Shown: positions 1 to 16,320, counted from the stretch's first letter. The stretch: DNA of 64,000 bases from Eledone cirrhosa (GCA_964016885.1 OZ024749.1:39990001-40054000); one strand, 5' to 3'. Notes: generated from the sequence alone by a model not told the origin. Translations and numbers: made by a program.

Positions 1-32
1 TAAAGTAGAAACAATTACTAATTTATAAAGAG

Positions 33-250
33 TCGTGGATTGGCAGTATCGGTAGAGAGTCGGACACCATGCTTTGCAGCATAGAGTTATGGTCCTTTAT
101 GGTCTGAGTTCAAATTCCTTCGAGGTTAACTTTGCCTTTCATCCTTAAATGGGTCGATAAAATAAAGCACCAGTAACGTACTGGGGTCGATTTAATCGAC
201 TTCCCCCTCCCCCCTTACAGGCCTTGTGCCTATAGTAGAAATCATTATTA
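33..250 (+). mobile_element. tRNA-derived SINE, family 1
   Basis: A-box-like tggcagtatcgg and B-box gagttcaaat, core gcctttcatcctt..ggggtcgataaaataaag, and tail ggccttgtgcctatagtagaaatcatta. About 20 copies occur in the window. Confidence 0.9.
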
Positions 251-259
251 TTTTTCCTC

Positions 260-482
260 GTAGCGGTGGATTGGCAGAATCGGTAGAGTGTCGCACACCC
301 TGCTTTGCAGCATAGAGTGTAGACCCTTTACATTCTGAGTTCAAATCCAGCGAAGGTTAGCTTTGGCTTTCATCCTTACGGGATCTATAAAATAAAGTAC
401 CAGGAACGTACTGGGGTGGATTTAATTGACTTTCCTTTCCCCTTACTGTACTGGCCTTGTGCCTATACTAGAAATCATTAAT
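260..482 (+). mobile_element. SINE family 1, tandem copy
   Basis: Same head, core and tail as 33-250. Confidence 0.9.
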
Positions 483-612
483 AATTTATTTCAATATACC
501 TGTTCTTTGGTTTTTACAACATTGATATTCTATTGACTCTAAATATGTTAGTGTGGTCATGTTTATAATTTCTTCCTTAGTCTCATATTGGTAATTTAAA
601 AAAGCGTGAGCT

Positions 613-790
613 AATAATAATGGTTTCTTATACAGGCACAAGGCCAGCAATTTATGGATTGGGGTAATCGATTAAATCGAAACCAGTGCATGACTGGTAC
701 TTTATTTTATCGCCATCGTAAGGATGAAAAGCAAAGCTAAACTTGGCGGAATTTGAACTCAGAAGGTTAAGGGCCGTAACTAGACTATAA
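613..790 (-). mobile_element. SINE family 1, 5'-truncated
   Basis: Reverse complement of core and tail (ggcacaaggcc...aaggatgaaaagcaaag...tttgaactcag). Confidence 0.85.
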
Positions 791-1019
791 TAATACACAT
801 GTACAGTATATATGCTTACCCCCCTCCCCATCACAAAACTGAAACGGAAGCTCTGATTTAAGGTATTTTATAGCATCTCCGCGCATGAGGACACCACTCC
901 TTATATTAAGACTAAAATATTTTTTAGATGAAAGACTCTACCCGAAACGTTACACTTCTCGTTTTCTTCGCGCGAAAACAATTTATTGTACTTTGTGAAC
1001 TTTTTGTGACATTTACATA

Positions 1020-1081
1020 TGTTTACACGTGTTTGTATATAATTTTGTGTGTTTGTGTATATTTGTGTATGGTTTGTATAT

Positions 1082-1112
<31 letters not shown>

Positions 1113-1483
1113 CGCATGGCTTGTGTATATGAGTTTGTGTATAACAGTATATGTTTGTATATGTTTGTGTGTGACTTGGGTATGTCTGTTTGTTTCTGTA
1201 TGGCTTGTGTGTTTATGTATATATGTGTATGGTATGTATATGTTTGTGTTTGTTTATGTATATCTGTGTATGTATGTGTATACATGCGTATGGTTTGTGT
1301 ATGCCCTGTGTCTGCTTATGTATATATGTGTATGGTCTGTTTATGTTTGTGTACGTTTATGTGTGTATGTTTATGTGTGTGCATGTTTATCTGTGTATGT
1401 ATGTGTATACATGAGTATGGTTTGAGTATATATGTGTGTGTTTGTATATATATATATGTGTGTATAGTTTGTCTATTTCTGTG

Positions 1484-1554
<71 letters not shown>

Positions 1555-1726
1555 TTTTTAATATGGCTTGTGTATGTGTGTCTATGTTTACATATATCAA
1601 AGTTGACTTAATTAGCTACTTGTGAGAGATGCTGAAGTGGTGTGGGAGGAAGTGTACAATGATGTCAACAACTAAACAAACGCCTCTTCTAGTTTGTTCC
1701 AAGGACTTAGACATCTTTGAAGAACA

Positions 1727-1775
<49 letters not shown>

Positions 1776-2220
1776 TGAAACTGGAAGAGATACTGAGAGA
1801 GGGAGAGAGAGAAAGAGAGGTGTCGAGAGAACAATAGAGAGAGAGAGCGAGAGAGATATTGAGGGAGAGGGGGTGGTGTGGGGGGAGGGGGGAGGTGAGA
1901 ACAACAGAGAGAGACATTGAGAGAAAGGGAGAGGTGGAGGAGGTGGTGATGGGAGAACAATGGAGAGAGACGAGAAGAGAGAGAGAGAGAGAGGGGGGGG
2001 TGAGTGGGGGAGAAGGGGAAGAGAGAAGAGACATTGAGAGAGAGAGCTAAGGGTATAGAGAGGAGGAAGTTAGAAGAATAGAGAGAGGTGAGAAGAGGGA
2101 AAGGAGGAGTGAGAGTGGGGAGGAGGTGAAGAGAGAAGAGTAGAGAGAGATACTGACAGAGGTAGAGAGACAGAAGATAGAGAGGGGGAAGAGAGAAGAG
2201 TAGAGAGACATTAACGGGGG
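1020..2220. repeat. Degenerate (TG/TA)n tract followed by (GA)n/purine-rich low-complexity tract
   Basis: Directly visible. Confidence 0.9.
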
Positions 2221-2242
2221 TAGGGGAGGGGTGGTGGTAGTG

Positions 2243-2385
2243 ATAATGGTTTCTTATATAGGCACAAGGCCAGTAATTTTGGGGAGAGGGTAAAGTCGAT
2301 TAAATCGACCCAAGTGCATTACTGGTACTTTATTTTATCGACCCCGTAAGGATGAAAGGCAAAGTTAACCTCGGCGGGATTTGTA
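2243..2385 (-). mobile_element. SINE family 1 fragment
   Basis: Reverse-complement core and tail. Confidence 0.85.
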
Positions 2386-2442
2386 GTGGTAATGACGCTT
2401 GTAGTTGTGTTAAACAGTTAGTGTGACTGATAGCATAACAGT

Positions 2443-3049
2443 GAGGGTACGTGGCTTAGTGGTTAATGTGTTGATGGCTTAGTGGTTAATGTGTTGATGG
2501 CTTAGTGGTTAATGTCGTGAGTTCAATTCCAGAATAGCGTGACGCCTTGTGTCCTTGAACCAGGCACTGTAGATAACATTGTTCCTTCCAATCCACTGGG
2601 CTGGAAAAAAAATGAGTGTACCTGTAATGCAATGGGGCAACCGCGTCACACACTGTCATGCTGAATTTCCCCGAGAATTACGTTAACCCTTTAGCATTTA
2701 CCTTACTCTATATATACTATTATATTTTCATGGTAAAGGCTTTATCTCACATAAATATCTCACATAAATATCTCACATAAATATCTCACATAATATCGAA
2801 TCTATGAGATTTTGATATTATTTATTTTGAAAACAATACCTTAACATCAGTATGAGTGGCCAGTTAGAGCTGGTTTGAACAGAAAAAGGAGAGAGAATTC
2901 TGGCCGGATACGGCCGGTTTAAATACTAAATGGTTAAGGCGTCATGTGTCCATGGTATGCTCAGGCACTTGCATATTCATTATTTCACGAGCAGATAGTT
3001 CCATTGGTGAAACAACTGAAACACTCGTCGTTGGAACCGACGGATGTCC

Positions 3050-3052
<3 letters not shown>
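2443..3052 (+). mobile_element. tRNA-derived SINE, family 2, interrupted by a MITE and ending in (CA)n
   Basis: A-box tggcttagtgg (triplicated), B-box gagttcaattcc and CORE-like tgtgtccttga. The body resumes after the TTAA insertion. Confidence 0.7.
2687..2933. mobile_element. TTAA-flanked MITE (piggyBac-like)
   Basis: TIR ccctttagcattta / taaatactaaatgg with TTAA at 2683-2686 and 2934-2937. A second copy lies at 29666-29885. Confidence 0.85.
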
Positions 3053-3092
<40 letters not shown>

Positions 3093-3454
3093 ACACACAC
3101 ACACGTATGGTGACAACATAGATATGTCATCAAGTGCGATAGATGAAGTCGTCAATATGTTATAAACTACCTTTAACAACAATAATCTTTTGCTAATGAC
3201 ATACCAACGCTAACAACTCGCTGGAAACTCCCATATCTTCTAGGGTCTACATCCGCCCTTTGCTGTCCTCTCAAGCAAACATGCTTGGAACCTTTATCAA
3301 AACAATATCATCATTATCGTCCAAGCCCTCATCTCATTAGCATCAACAACAACATCACCCCCATCTAATTTTTTTCTTTTATTATCAGTATATATATATA
3401 TATATACACATACATACATATTTATATTTTGTATATATATATATGCATATATAT

Positions 3455-3500
<46 letters not shown>

Positions 3501-3824
3501 ATATATATATGCATATATACATACATACATACACATGAAGTGGTCTTGGGGGAAGGTTTGAGTGAGTGTGTATTATATATATATATATATATACTCACTA
3601 CTCAGAACTGGTAAAGTCACATACAAAATGACAATAAAATATTTAGTTTCCATTTAGATATTTACAGTCTCAAGTTCAAATCCTGCTATTGTAAACTTTC
3701 ATCTTTCCTAGAGTCGATAAAATGTGGTATCACCAAATAAGGTACTAAGGAGTCACTGTAAACTATAACAACATAACACCATCAGAAGCGAACTCGGTCC
3801 TAAAACCGACTCAAGCAGGATGGG

Positions 3825-4010
3825 TGACACTGATTAACAGATTATTGGCTAGTGAGGGCCAGATGTTGTTTTCACTGCTCAGCTAAGCTGGCACTGACAG
3901 ACTGCTTACTAGTGAGGGCCAAAGGTGTATTTTCACTAATCAGCTAAGGTAACACTAACATACCACTGACAGTTGAGGGCCAGAGGCATATTTTCATTGT
4001 TCAGTTAATG
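3825..4010 (+). repeat. Three diverged ~60-bp tandem repeats
   Basis: Recurring cact.a..ca...tgagggcca.a...ttttca.t..tcag.taa. Confidence 0.75.
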
Positions 4011-4097
4011 AGTGCTTTACGTTTATGTCGATCGTTGAGCAACGATTATGAGTTCCGTATTCCGTGACATATATTCAGCAATATTATTGTTATTTGT

Positions 4098-4290
4098 AAG
4101 GCGGTAGATTGGCAGTATCGATAGAATGTTGGACGCCATACTTTGCAGCATAGAGTTACGCCCCTTTCTGATTTCAGTTCAAATACGACCGAGGTTAACT
4201 TTGCATTTCATCCTTACGGGGTCGATAAAATAAAGTGCCTGTAACGCACAGTAGATAATTGCAGGCCTTGTGCCAATAGTAGAAACAGAT
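4098..4290 (+). mobile_element. SINE family 1
   Basis: Full head, core and tail. Confidence 0.85.
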
Positions 4291-4497
4291 GCCCACGAGG
4301 CCACATGGACAAGTGCCCCTAGGGCCATTGAGACACACCCCTTCATAAGTTGTGGCCCCGTGCCTATGTTAGTAATCATACTCCACGTATTGATGCTCTG
4401 TTTAAATTAAGAAGGGATTAAGTGGATGAAATAAAATACCAAGAAGCTAATAAATATAAATCAACGACATTGTAAAACCTTTAATATACACTCAGTC

Positions 4498-7000
<2,503 letters not shown>

Positions 7001-8011
7001 ACCTACATGTCGATATATAATGATATAAATGACTGTATATATACATGTTGACGTGTTATAAAACATCTATGTTTCCACATATCTAAATAAACCACAAGTG
7101 AATTACATTATGGCGGACGAGTAATAAAATATATTGAAGTTTCAATCTAATAAACACAGACAGACGCCATAAAATAGGATGTTAGACGATGGCTGTCATG
7201 CTACAAAATGTTCTGTCTATGTGGTCACTGCAACCTGCTAGAAATAGCAAAGTATTCCCCCCTCAATTCCCACCTTACTTGCTGGAGAAAGGGGATAGTT
7301 GGGTTGCCACAATATAAAACCACGGACATACGACATAAACTATGTTACTAGACGATGGTCGATGTGCTACGAATTTAAATGTAATGTTATTTATTTTGTG
7401 TTTGTTGTTGATATGCTCGCTATAGTATGGAACTCGATGTTGATTGTCCAGCTACAAACGTTGGCAAGAAGCAAGCTACGGGTGGAGGATAAAGCCTGGT
7501 GGTGGTAAGTGGTTGAAGGTAGGTCGCTGCTTCTACAAAAAACTCAATTTACTAATTCTGGTCATCAGCTTCGGTTTGCAAAGGGTAATAAATTAGGGTC
7601 GTAAATTTATAATTATTGTTCTCCCTTTTTTATATATATACCAAAAACGAAAACAATATAACATTACAATTAAATACCTGTTTGATGACAATATATTAAA
7701 TAATTGTTACTCAGCGACTTTGATGTCTTTGCATAACGGGATGATGTAATAAACAGACGATATATGTGTGATATCATCTCTCTTCTATTTTATAATATTG
7801 ACACACCATCTGATTACAACACAGTCGGTCGATTGCTTGATCAACCAACACTTGATAACCAGCTACTGTTTCTTTTGAGTCAGAATGCAATTTAAATTAT
7901 TAACTGTTGATTTATTGATTATATGTATTGGCACCGCACTTATCTCTAGAGAAACAATTAAAGATGAATTTGAATTACCATCCTTGGTTTTCATTTTGTA
8001 TTAAGTACATA

Positions 8012-8090
<79 letters not shown>

Positions 8091-8177
8091 ACTCTCAAGC
8101 GTTAACCTAATACCTAGCACCTTCCGTAACTGTACTCCTTGTTGTTATTTACTTTTATATATCTATATATATATATA

Positions 8178-8311
8178 TAACGAAGGAAGTGTTGTAAGGA
8201 ACCAGTTGGACCATAACGCACCAGAGTACTCAATACTTAGGGTAGTAGAGTGGGTAATGGGAAAATGTTTAACCTCAACAGCAGAGCTCTGCCGTCGGGG
8301 TTAAACATTTT

Positions 8312-8316
<5 letters not shown>
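8178..8316 (-). mobile_element. (TA)n-embedded short element, family A (PLE pseudo-LTR-like), with terminal fold-back
   Basis: Homologous to 35072-35280, 39024-39220, 44550-44710 and 48062-48200. The palindrome is centred on gagctc at 8284-8289. Confidence 0.75.
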
Positions 8317-8378
<62 letters not shown>

Positions 8379-8882
8379 ATAATAATAAATGTGAAGAACA
8401 AAATCAGAGGATTCCGTTAAGGGTGAAAGTAGCGATTCTTTGCTTAAACTTTGATCTGTTATTTTAATAAATATATATATACACAAAATAAAGTTGAATT
8501 CACAACGCTTTCACCTTTCAAAATAACTTTCTAGCACAGTAAATAAGAAAAAAAAGAGCATCCCCATCTACGAATGTCTAACTTCTATAACATCGATCCA
8601 GCACTCATGAAATCTTTTAGGTAAATACCCCACTATATCTTTCCAGCCTACATAATAGACCACGGCCTCCTCTAAATCACTTCTACCTTTTCTACAGAAG
8701 CCTAAATAATCCCCCTTATATAACTGGTTCTCTTCTTTCATATTCGTTCTCTTCCTTTAATATTCGAAAGATGAAAATGTTTTGAACTTAAGCTAATTTT
8801 CTGTATCACAACACATCCCTTGGACTGACTGTTCTACAACTTTCGATATCAAAATGTTTTACGAAATTCACTACACTGTATG

Positions 8883-8950
<68 letters not shown>

Positions 8951-8963
<13 letters not shown>

Positions 8964-9158
8964 CCATGCAATTAAAAAATATCGGGCTACTTATTTCGTT
9001 GTATGTAAATTCACTACACTATGTACACACATACAGTTATATATATATATGTATATATATATATATAACTGTGTGTATGTACACATAGTGTAGTGAATTT
9101 ACATACAACGAAATAAGTAGCCCGATAATTTTTTAATTGCATGGATACACACACACAC
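8951..9158. repeat. Long inverted repeat (arms ~65-75 bp)
   Basis: 8961-9024 is the near-perfect reverse complement of 9083-9147. Confidence 0.9.
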
Positions 9159-9232
9159 ATGTGCATACATTAAATATACACATGTATATATACAAAATAT
9201 GCACATTCATACATATATGTATGTGGCCATGC

Positions 9233-9289
<57 letters not shown>

Positions 9290-9639
9290 TATAGATACGT
9301 CGATTAAATTTCCACCAGAATATCGCTCAGTCGTAAGTCGATTCAACTGTTTGACTCCTTGAACTTACAATATCTTCACTATTCCCCATTTTAACCAGAA
9401 AAGCAACACCATCGCCGCCACCACCAACAACAAGGACGGCGACGACAACAACAAAAATATCAGCAAATACCCGAAATAGAAGAAAATATAAAATATTTGG
9501 AAACTAAAACCTTTGAACAGGATTGAGTTTCTTGGAAACCAAATTTAATTTCTTGGGAACCGAATGGAGAATATCAGAAAGTTGGAATATCTGGTGAACT
9601 TAGTTACATAGAGGGGGGGAAGTAAATACTCCTGACTAT

Positions 9640-9659
<20 letters not shown>

Positions 9660-9693
<34 letters not shown>

Positions 9694-9707
9694 AATACGT
9701 ACATACA

Positions 9708-9741
<34 letters not shown>

Positions 9742-9855
9742 CATACATACATAAGTGTGTATATATGTACATATATACATATATAAGTATGTATATATGT
9801 ACATATATATGCACACATACATATATACACGCATACATATATACATACTAAGATA

Positions 9856-9896
<41 letters not shown>

Positions 9897-10034
9897 CGTA
9901 CATACATACATACATACATATATACATACATAAGTGTGTATATATGTACATATATACATATATAAGTATGTATATATGTACATATATATGCATACATACA
10001 TATATACACGCATACATATATACATACTAAGATA

Positions 10035-10073
<39 letters not shown>

Positions 10074-10211
10074 AATACATACATACATACATACATATAT
10101 ACATACATAAGTGTGTATATATGTACATATATACATATATAAGTATGTATATATGTACATATATATACATACATACATATATACACGCATACATATATAC
10201 ATACTAAGATA

Positions 10212-10266
<55 letters not shown>

Positions 10267-10404
10267 AATACGTACATACATACATACATACATACATACA
10301 TACATACATAAGTGTGTATATATGTACATATATAAGTATGTATATATGTACATATATATACATACATACATATATACACGCATACATATATACATACTAA
10401 GATA

Positions 10405-10452
<48 letters not shown>
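9660..10452 (+). repeat. ~185-bp compound tandem repeat built from microsatellites (4 units)
   Basis: Anchor cacgcatacatatatacatactaagatagta recurs four times, with ctaagatag near 9848, 10027, 10204 and 10397. Confidence 0.85.
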
Positions 10453-10457
<5 letters not shown>

Positions 10458-10686
10458 GGGTAAAATTCCCGAGATCCATGGACGAGTTCTCTCCAGCGGT
10501 CTCTGTCCCTCATTATCGCTGCCATGTCCTGCGTCTCCAACAGGCCAGTGTCTGTCCTTAGGGCATCAACATACGTTAACCTTGGTCTTGCTCTTCTAGT
10601 GTGTCCATGTATGGGCTCCCAAAGGAGCACTGAGTGCAATGTCAACTCTGGATGTCGGTGAGCATGTCCAGCTAACCTCAGTTTCC
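10452..10686 (-). mobile_element. RTE-clade LINE 3' end
   Basis: Near-identical to 20650-20884. Encodes [26 protein letters not shown]...DRDRWRELV. Confidence 0.9.
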
Positions 10687-10879
10687 AGATTTTTCCTACT
10701 AGTCACTGGGGGCATGATGATGATGATAATGATGATGATGATATTGATGATGGTGATGATAATGATGATGATGATGATGAGTGGGAGGTGCGGCAGTGGG
10801 GAGATTTTCGTAGTAATATTTTGTTGTCTTGCTAATATCGTGTTGTGGTACTTGATGAAGAAGAATGTAACAGCAGTTA

Positions 10880-11061
10880 TAATTGTTTCTACTTTTGGCA
10901 CAAGGCCAGCAAAATACCCAGTGTATTACTGGTACTTTATTTTATCGACCCCCGTAAGCATGAAAGGCAAAGTTAACCTCGACAGGATTTGAACTCAGAC
11001 CATAAAGCGCCGTAACTCTTTGCTGCAAAGCATGGCGTCAGCCCGTCTACCGATACTGCCT
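10880..11061 (-). mobile_element. SINE family 1
   Basis: Reverse-complement head, core and tail. Confidence 0.88.
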
Positions 11062-11616
11062 AGTAACAACAACGGCAACAGTAGAAACAACAACTACAAG
11101 AACAACCACACGCAAACTATAGTAAGAACAAACAACAGTAACAACAACAACTATAAGAACAACCACAACTCAACAATAATAAAAACAACAACAGCTACTA
11201 CTTACAACAACAACTAAAACTATAGTAAGAACAAACAACTACTACTTACAACAACAACAACAACAACAACAACTAAAACTATTGTAAGAACAAACAACTA
11301 CTACTACAACAACAACAACAACTGCAACTACAAAACGACAACAATAGTAACAACAACAACTTCAACAACAGCAAAAACCTAAAACTCAACAATTATAACA
11401 ACGACAACAACGAAAAAAAACAACACCAACAACAACAACATTTATAACAACAACTACAACTACAAAAACAGACAACAAAACAACAACAAATACACCAACA
11501 ACAACAACAACTACACCAATAAGAACAACTACAACAATAACGACTAGTACATCACAACAATAACGACTAGTACATCACAACAATAATAACCACTGCAGCA
11601 GCAGCAACAACAACAA
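11062..11616. repeat. Degenerate (AAC)n tract
   Basis: Directly visible. Confidence 0.9.
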
Positions 11617-11785
11617 GTGACAAAGAAGGAATGTACGGTAGATTTATGAAAGAATGTGAAAGGTTATCTGCTGCAAGAACTGTCTAGAATTGATAAACTA
11701 TAGAGAATACTATGATAGTTTAAAATATCTCCTGATATGTAGATTAATCTAACTTGTATCTGCCTTGCAACTCTGTGTGTGGTTC

Positions 11786-11825
<40 letters not shown>

Positions 11826-11887
11826 TGCCATACTATATATATATATATATGTATATATATACACACACATATATATATATAATCAAT

Positions 11888-11923
<36 letters not shown>

Positions 11924-11966
11924 GTATATATATACACATATATATATATATATATATATATAATCA

Positions 11967-11998
<32 letters not shown>

Positions 11999-12037
11999 TT
12001 ACATATATTATATATATGTACATATATATAGGTGCCA

Positions 12038-12078
<41 letters not shown>

Positions 12079-12102
12079 TATATATATATAAACAATATGT
12101 GC

Positions 12103-12145
<43 letters not shown>

Positions 12146-12233
12146 CATATATTATATATATGTACATATATATAGGGGCCATACTATATATATATGTATA
12201 TATATACACACACATATATATATAATCAATATG

Positions 12234-12279
<46 letters not shown>

Positions 12280-12471
12280 CATATTTACATATATTAAAAG
12301 CAAGTAAGCTAATCAGAAGAGAAAGGTGATTAGTTATACAGATTACCTGCCGCTATAGAGATGGTTAGTGTGCTTAATGTATATAGACTGCTAGACTACC
12401 GATCTATGCTTAACAATCGTATAATAAGCAGAGCAAAAAATGATGGAGAGAACAACACCATTTTAAATATG

Positions 12472-12538
<67 letters not shown>

Positions 12539-12549
12539 CACACACACAG

Positions 12550-12801
12550 AAACAAAATGGCGTAGGACAGAACAAAGGAGAGGCACAGAAACAAAGAAAG
12601 GAATCCCCAGTCACTGAAGAGGTCACAGAGTGTGTGACGAAAGAACTATGACTATGTATAAACAACTATCTGGTTGTGGAACCAACCAACCAACCAGAAA
12701 TTTATAAATTTATAAATTTATTTTAAATTTATTATAATAAATTGAAGTGAAAGCAACTGGTGCGTGTGTTTCTTATTGGCAACATGACCCTCCCAAAGTA
12801 T

Positions 12802-12808
<7 letters not shown>
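12550..12808 (+). mobile_element. PLE pseudo-LTR-like island
   Basis: Contains a hammerhead. 12660-12808 recurs at 61510-61669, and aaaatggcgtag is shared with the region downstream of the GIY-YIG ORF (24115-24126, minus strand). Confidence 0.65.
12609..12653 (+). ncRNA. Type I hammerhead ribozyme motif
   Basis: Stem I agtca/tgact, CUGAAGA plus extra G, stem II gtcaca/tgtgac, GAAA, minimal stem III A-gaac-U, and cleavage triplet CUA. Confidence 0.8.
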
Positions 12809-12849
<41 letters not shown>

Positions 12850-12994
12850 GTGACCAGTAAGTATGTTTTGAAACAGTGAGCAGGTTTGAAATTAGAAAAT
12901 AGAATAGCTTTCACCGTATTTTTGACTAAAGAAATGTTAGCCTGATAATGGGGTTTATAACCTTCAGATAAATGGAAAAAGATGAGTATTGACG

Positions 12995-13028
<34 letters not shown>

Positions 13029-13040
13029 ATGGTGTGGCAC

Positions 13041-13089
<49 letters not shown>

Positions 13090-13140
13090 CACATAGAAGT
13101 ATAAGAATGTCTTCTCTGACATTCTCAGGAGTTCCCGTCG

Positions 13141-13182
13141 GATCCATTGATAATGGATATTCCATCCGAAATATATTGGGTC
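13141..13182 (+). ncRNA. Hammerhead-like motif, U3-A8 core variant
   Basis: gatcca-UUGAUAA-u-ggat/atcc-GAAA-uauau-tgggtc. The register at the cleavage site is one nt short or mismatched. Related to 40272-40330. Confidence 0.55.
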
Positions 13183-13329
13183 TAATAAATATCTCCAAGG
13201 TAACATTATCTCTGATTCTTGTTCATCCTTCTTCTTCTCCATTCAATCTCTCCTTTCTTTTACTTCACCTGATTTTGTTGCTCTAATATTTACAACCACA
13301 CCTGCATTGTAGTGGCTTCGAAAACATAG

Positions 13330-13373
<44 letters not shown>

Positions 13374-13393
13374 TACATATACATACATATACA

Positions 13394-13479
<86 letters not shown>

Positions 13480-13845
13480 GTATATATATAATCATATATA
13501 TATATACATATGTATATATATATATAATCATATGTATATGTATATATATATATAATCATATGTATATATATATATATATATGTATATACATATATATATG
13601 TATGTGTATGTCTGTATGTGTGCCTGCCTGTCTGTGTGTGTCTGTATGTATGTGTGTCTGTGTGTGTCTGTGTGTGTGTGTGTGTTTTGATTGATCTTTC
13701 AGCCTCTTGTTCTGGAATTTTCTCCGGGTGTAATCAATCTCTCAGACAGGAAATTCTGTATCAAACAACATATATGCTTATACCCTACTATACTATGGCA
13801 CTAATATATTCAGTACTTTTTCTCCCAATCGTTAAAAGCTAGTGG

Positions 13846-14295
13846 ATGAAAATGGGACCCAAATGCGCAAACCCGTTCCACGGCTATACTGAGGCCCACA
13901 TTTTCTCACAATTCCCTGGCCCCACATCTCAGCTATATGGTTATTATATAGACAAATATATCAATGCCACCTCCCTTGACACCTTCATCTATTTCGTCAA
14001 GTTTTTCAGCCGTCATTCCTATTAACATCCATTGTTCGTGGTACCACCATCAACGTTTTTAGACCCCCTCCGTCTCCATTAATCCACCCTGCCACATCCT
14101 CACAACCTACGCCTTCTACAAAGCCACAGATTCTCGCTCCTACCTGGACTTTACCTCTTCCTATCCCACCCACAACTAAACAGACAATCCTTTACTCTCA
14201 CTTGCTTCGTAGCCATCGTCTTTGCAGCCGTGACCACCACTTTGAGATCCACTCCAAACTCAAGGTTCTTCATTTCATTCAACACAGATACTCTC
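13846..14295 (+). pseudogene. Decayed Penelope-like reverse transcriptase fragment
   Basis: Manual translation MKMGPKCANPFHGYTE...LYGYYIDK matches PLE MGP.YANLF.G..E / RYIDD. FYKATDSRSYLDFTSSYP matches YKPTD...YL...S.HP. Contains stops and frameshifts. Confidence 0.75.
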
Positions 14296-14607
14296 AGTTT
14301 GAATATGGTGAACGGGGGGGACAAACTTCAATCAATTAAGACTATCCCCACAATTTCAAGGACGAAACTCCCTAGGTAATGAGAAGCAATTAAAGACAAG
14401 AGCTGCTCCACGTATTTTTTTTAAACAATTATACATATTGAGTCGTCAAATATAAAATTTGTAGAAATTTGTAGAAAAAAAAGAAATTTCTACAAATTTC
14501 ATACTTGACGACCCAATAAAAGTTTATCATTTGCGAAACCAGTGCTTGGCTGATATGTGCATGTGTGTGTATGTATGTGTGCGTGTGTGTGTGTGTGTAC
14601 GTGTGTA

Positions 14608-14666
<59 letters not shown>

Positions 14667-14774
14667 GTGTCTGTGTGTGTGTGTGTGGATGTGTGTGTGT
14701 ACGTGTGCATGCATGTATATATATATGTGCATGTGTGTGTATGTATGTGTGCGTGTGTGTGTACGTGTGTATGC

Positions 14775-14824
<50 letters not shown>

Positions 14825-15326
14825 GCATACATATATATATGCGTGTCTGTGTGTATGTGTGTGTGTGTGTGTGTCTGTGTGTGTGTACGTGTGCATGCAT
14901 GTATATATATATATGTGTGTGTGTGTGTTTGTTTGTTTGTTTGTGTGTGTTTTGTGCACATATGTGCATGTGTGTATTTGGGCGCATGTATGTGTGTGTG
15001 TGTGTGTGTGTATTTGTGTGTGAGGATGTATTAACAAAGATGGCGTTCAAATTCCGTTGAACGTTTGCTCTTCCGTAGGTGAATGGCTGTAGAGGGGGGG
15101 GGGGGGGAGACCTCAGCTCAGCTATGTAGATATTTAGCTTAGCTTAGCTTACTTATTATACAAGAGGAGGTCCGTGCCAAAAGCAAGGTTGTTGCTTTAA
15201 CATGACATGAACGGTGGCTGAGCCAAACTGATAATACACTGATACTTTACATCACATATAAACAAACCAAACGAGAGAAATATATATGTGTGTGTGTGTA
15301 CGTGTGTGTACGTGTGTATGCATGTA

Positions 15327-15357
<31 letters not shown>

Positions 15358-15534
15358 GTGATATGTATATATATATATATATATATATCACATGTATATA
15401 TATATATATATATCACATGTATATATATATATATATATACGTTTTATATATATATATATATATATATACGTTTTATATATATATATATATACATTATATA
15501 TATATATATATATTATATATATATATATATATAC

Positions 15535-15595
<61 letters not shown>

Positions 15596-16142
15596 TATAT
15601 ATATATATATATATATACATTATATATATATATATATATATACATTATATATATATATATATACATTATATATATATGTATATATATATTCATTATATAT
15701 ATGTGTATATATATATACACGTTATATGTATATATATATATACATTATATATATATATGTATATATATATACACGTTATATGTATATATATATATATACA
15801 TTATATATATATGTATGTATATATACACGTTATATGTATATATATATATATACATTATATATATATGTCTATATATATACACGTTATATGTATATATATA
15901 TATATACGTTTTATATATATATATATATACATGTGATATATATATATATATTTGTCTGTGTAGATGTATATACATATTCATGGAAAAAATCCATAAACAT
16001 ATATAGCAATCTAACAAGCATCGTCCTAAGAATAATATTATTAATTCTCACACGTACACACACATATAAATACATACATACATGCATACATACATACACA
16101 TATACATACATACATACATGCATGCATACATATACATACATA

Positions 16143-16216
<74 letters not shown>

Positions 16217-16320
16217 TATTGAAGTATATTGCTTATTTTAGTTAGGGTGTCAGCTGTTAAGTGGAGGAAGACGCGGAAAGAGATACAGAGAGACAGACAG
16301 ACAGATAGAGAGAGAGAGAG

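Noticed and set aside
8490-8850. Possible L1/Tx1 3' remnant on the minus strand
   Set aside because: There is only vague similarity (F..CW.DV) and many stops, so it cannot be supported without a search.
12951-12972. ctgataa followed by a small hairpin
   Set aside because: There is no GAAA and no stem I, so it is too decayed to call a ribozyme.
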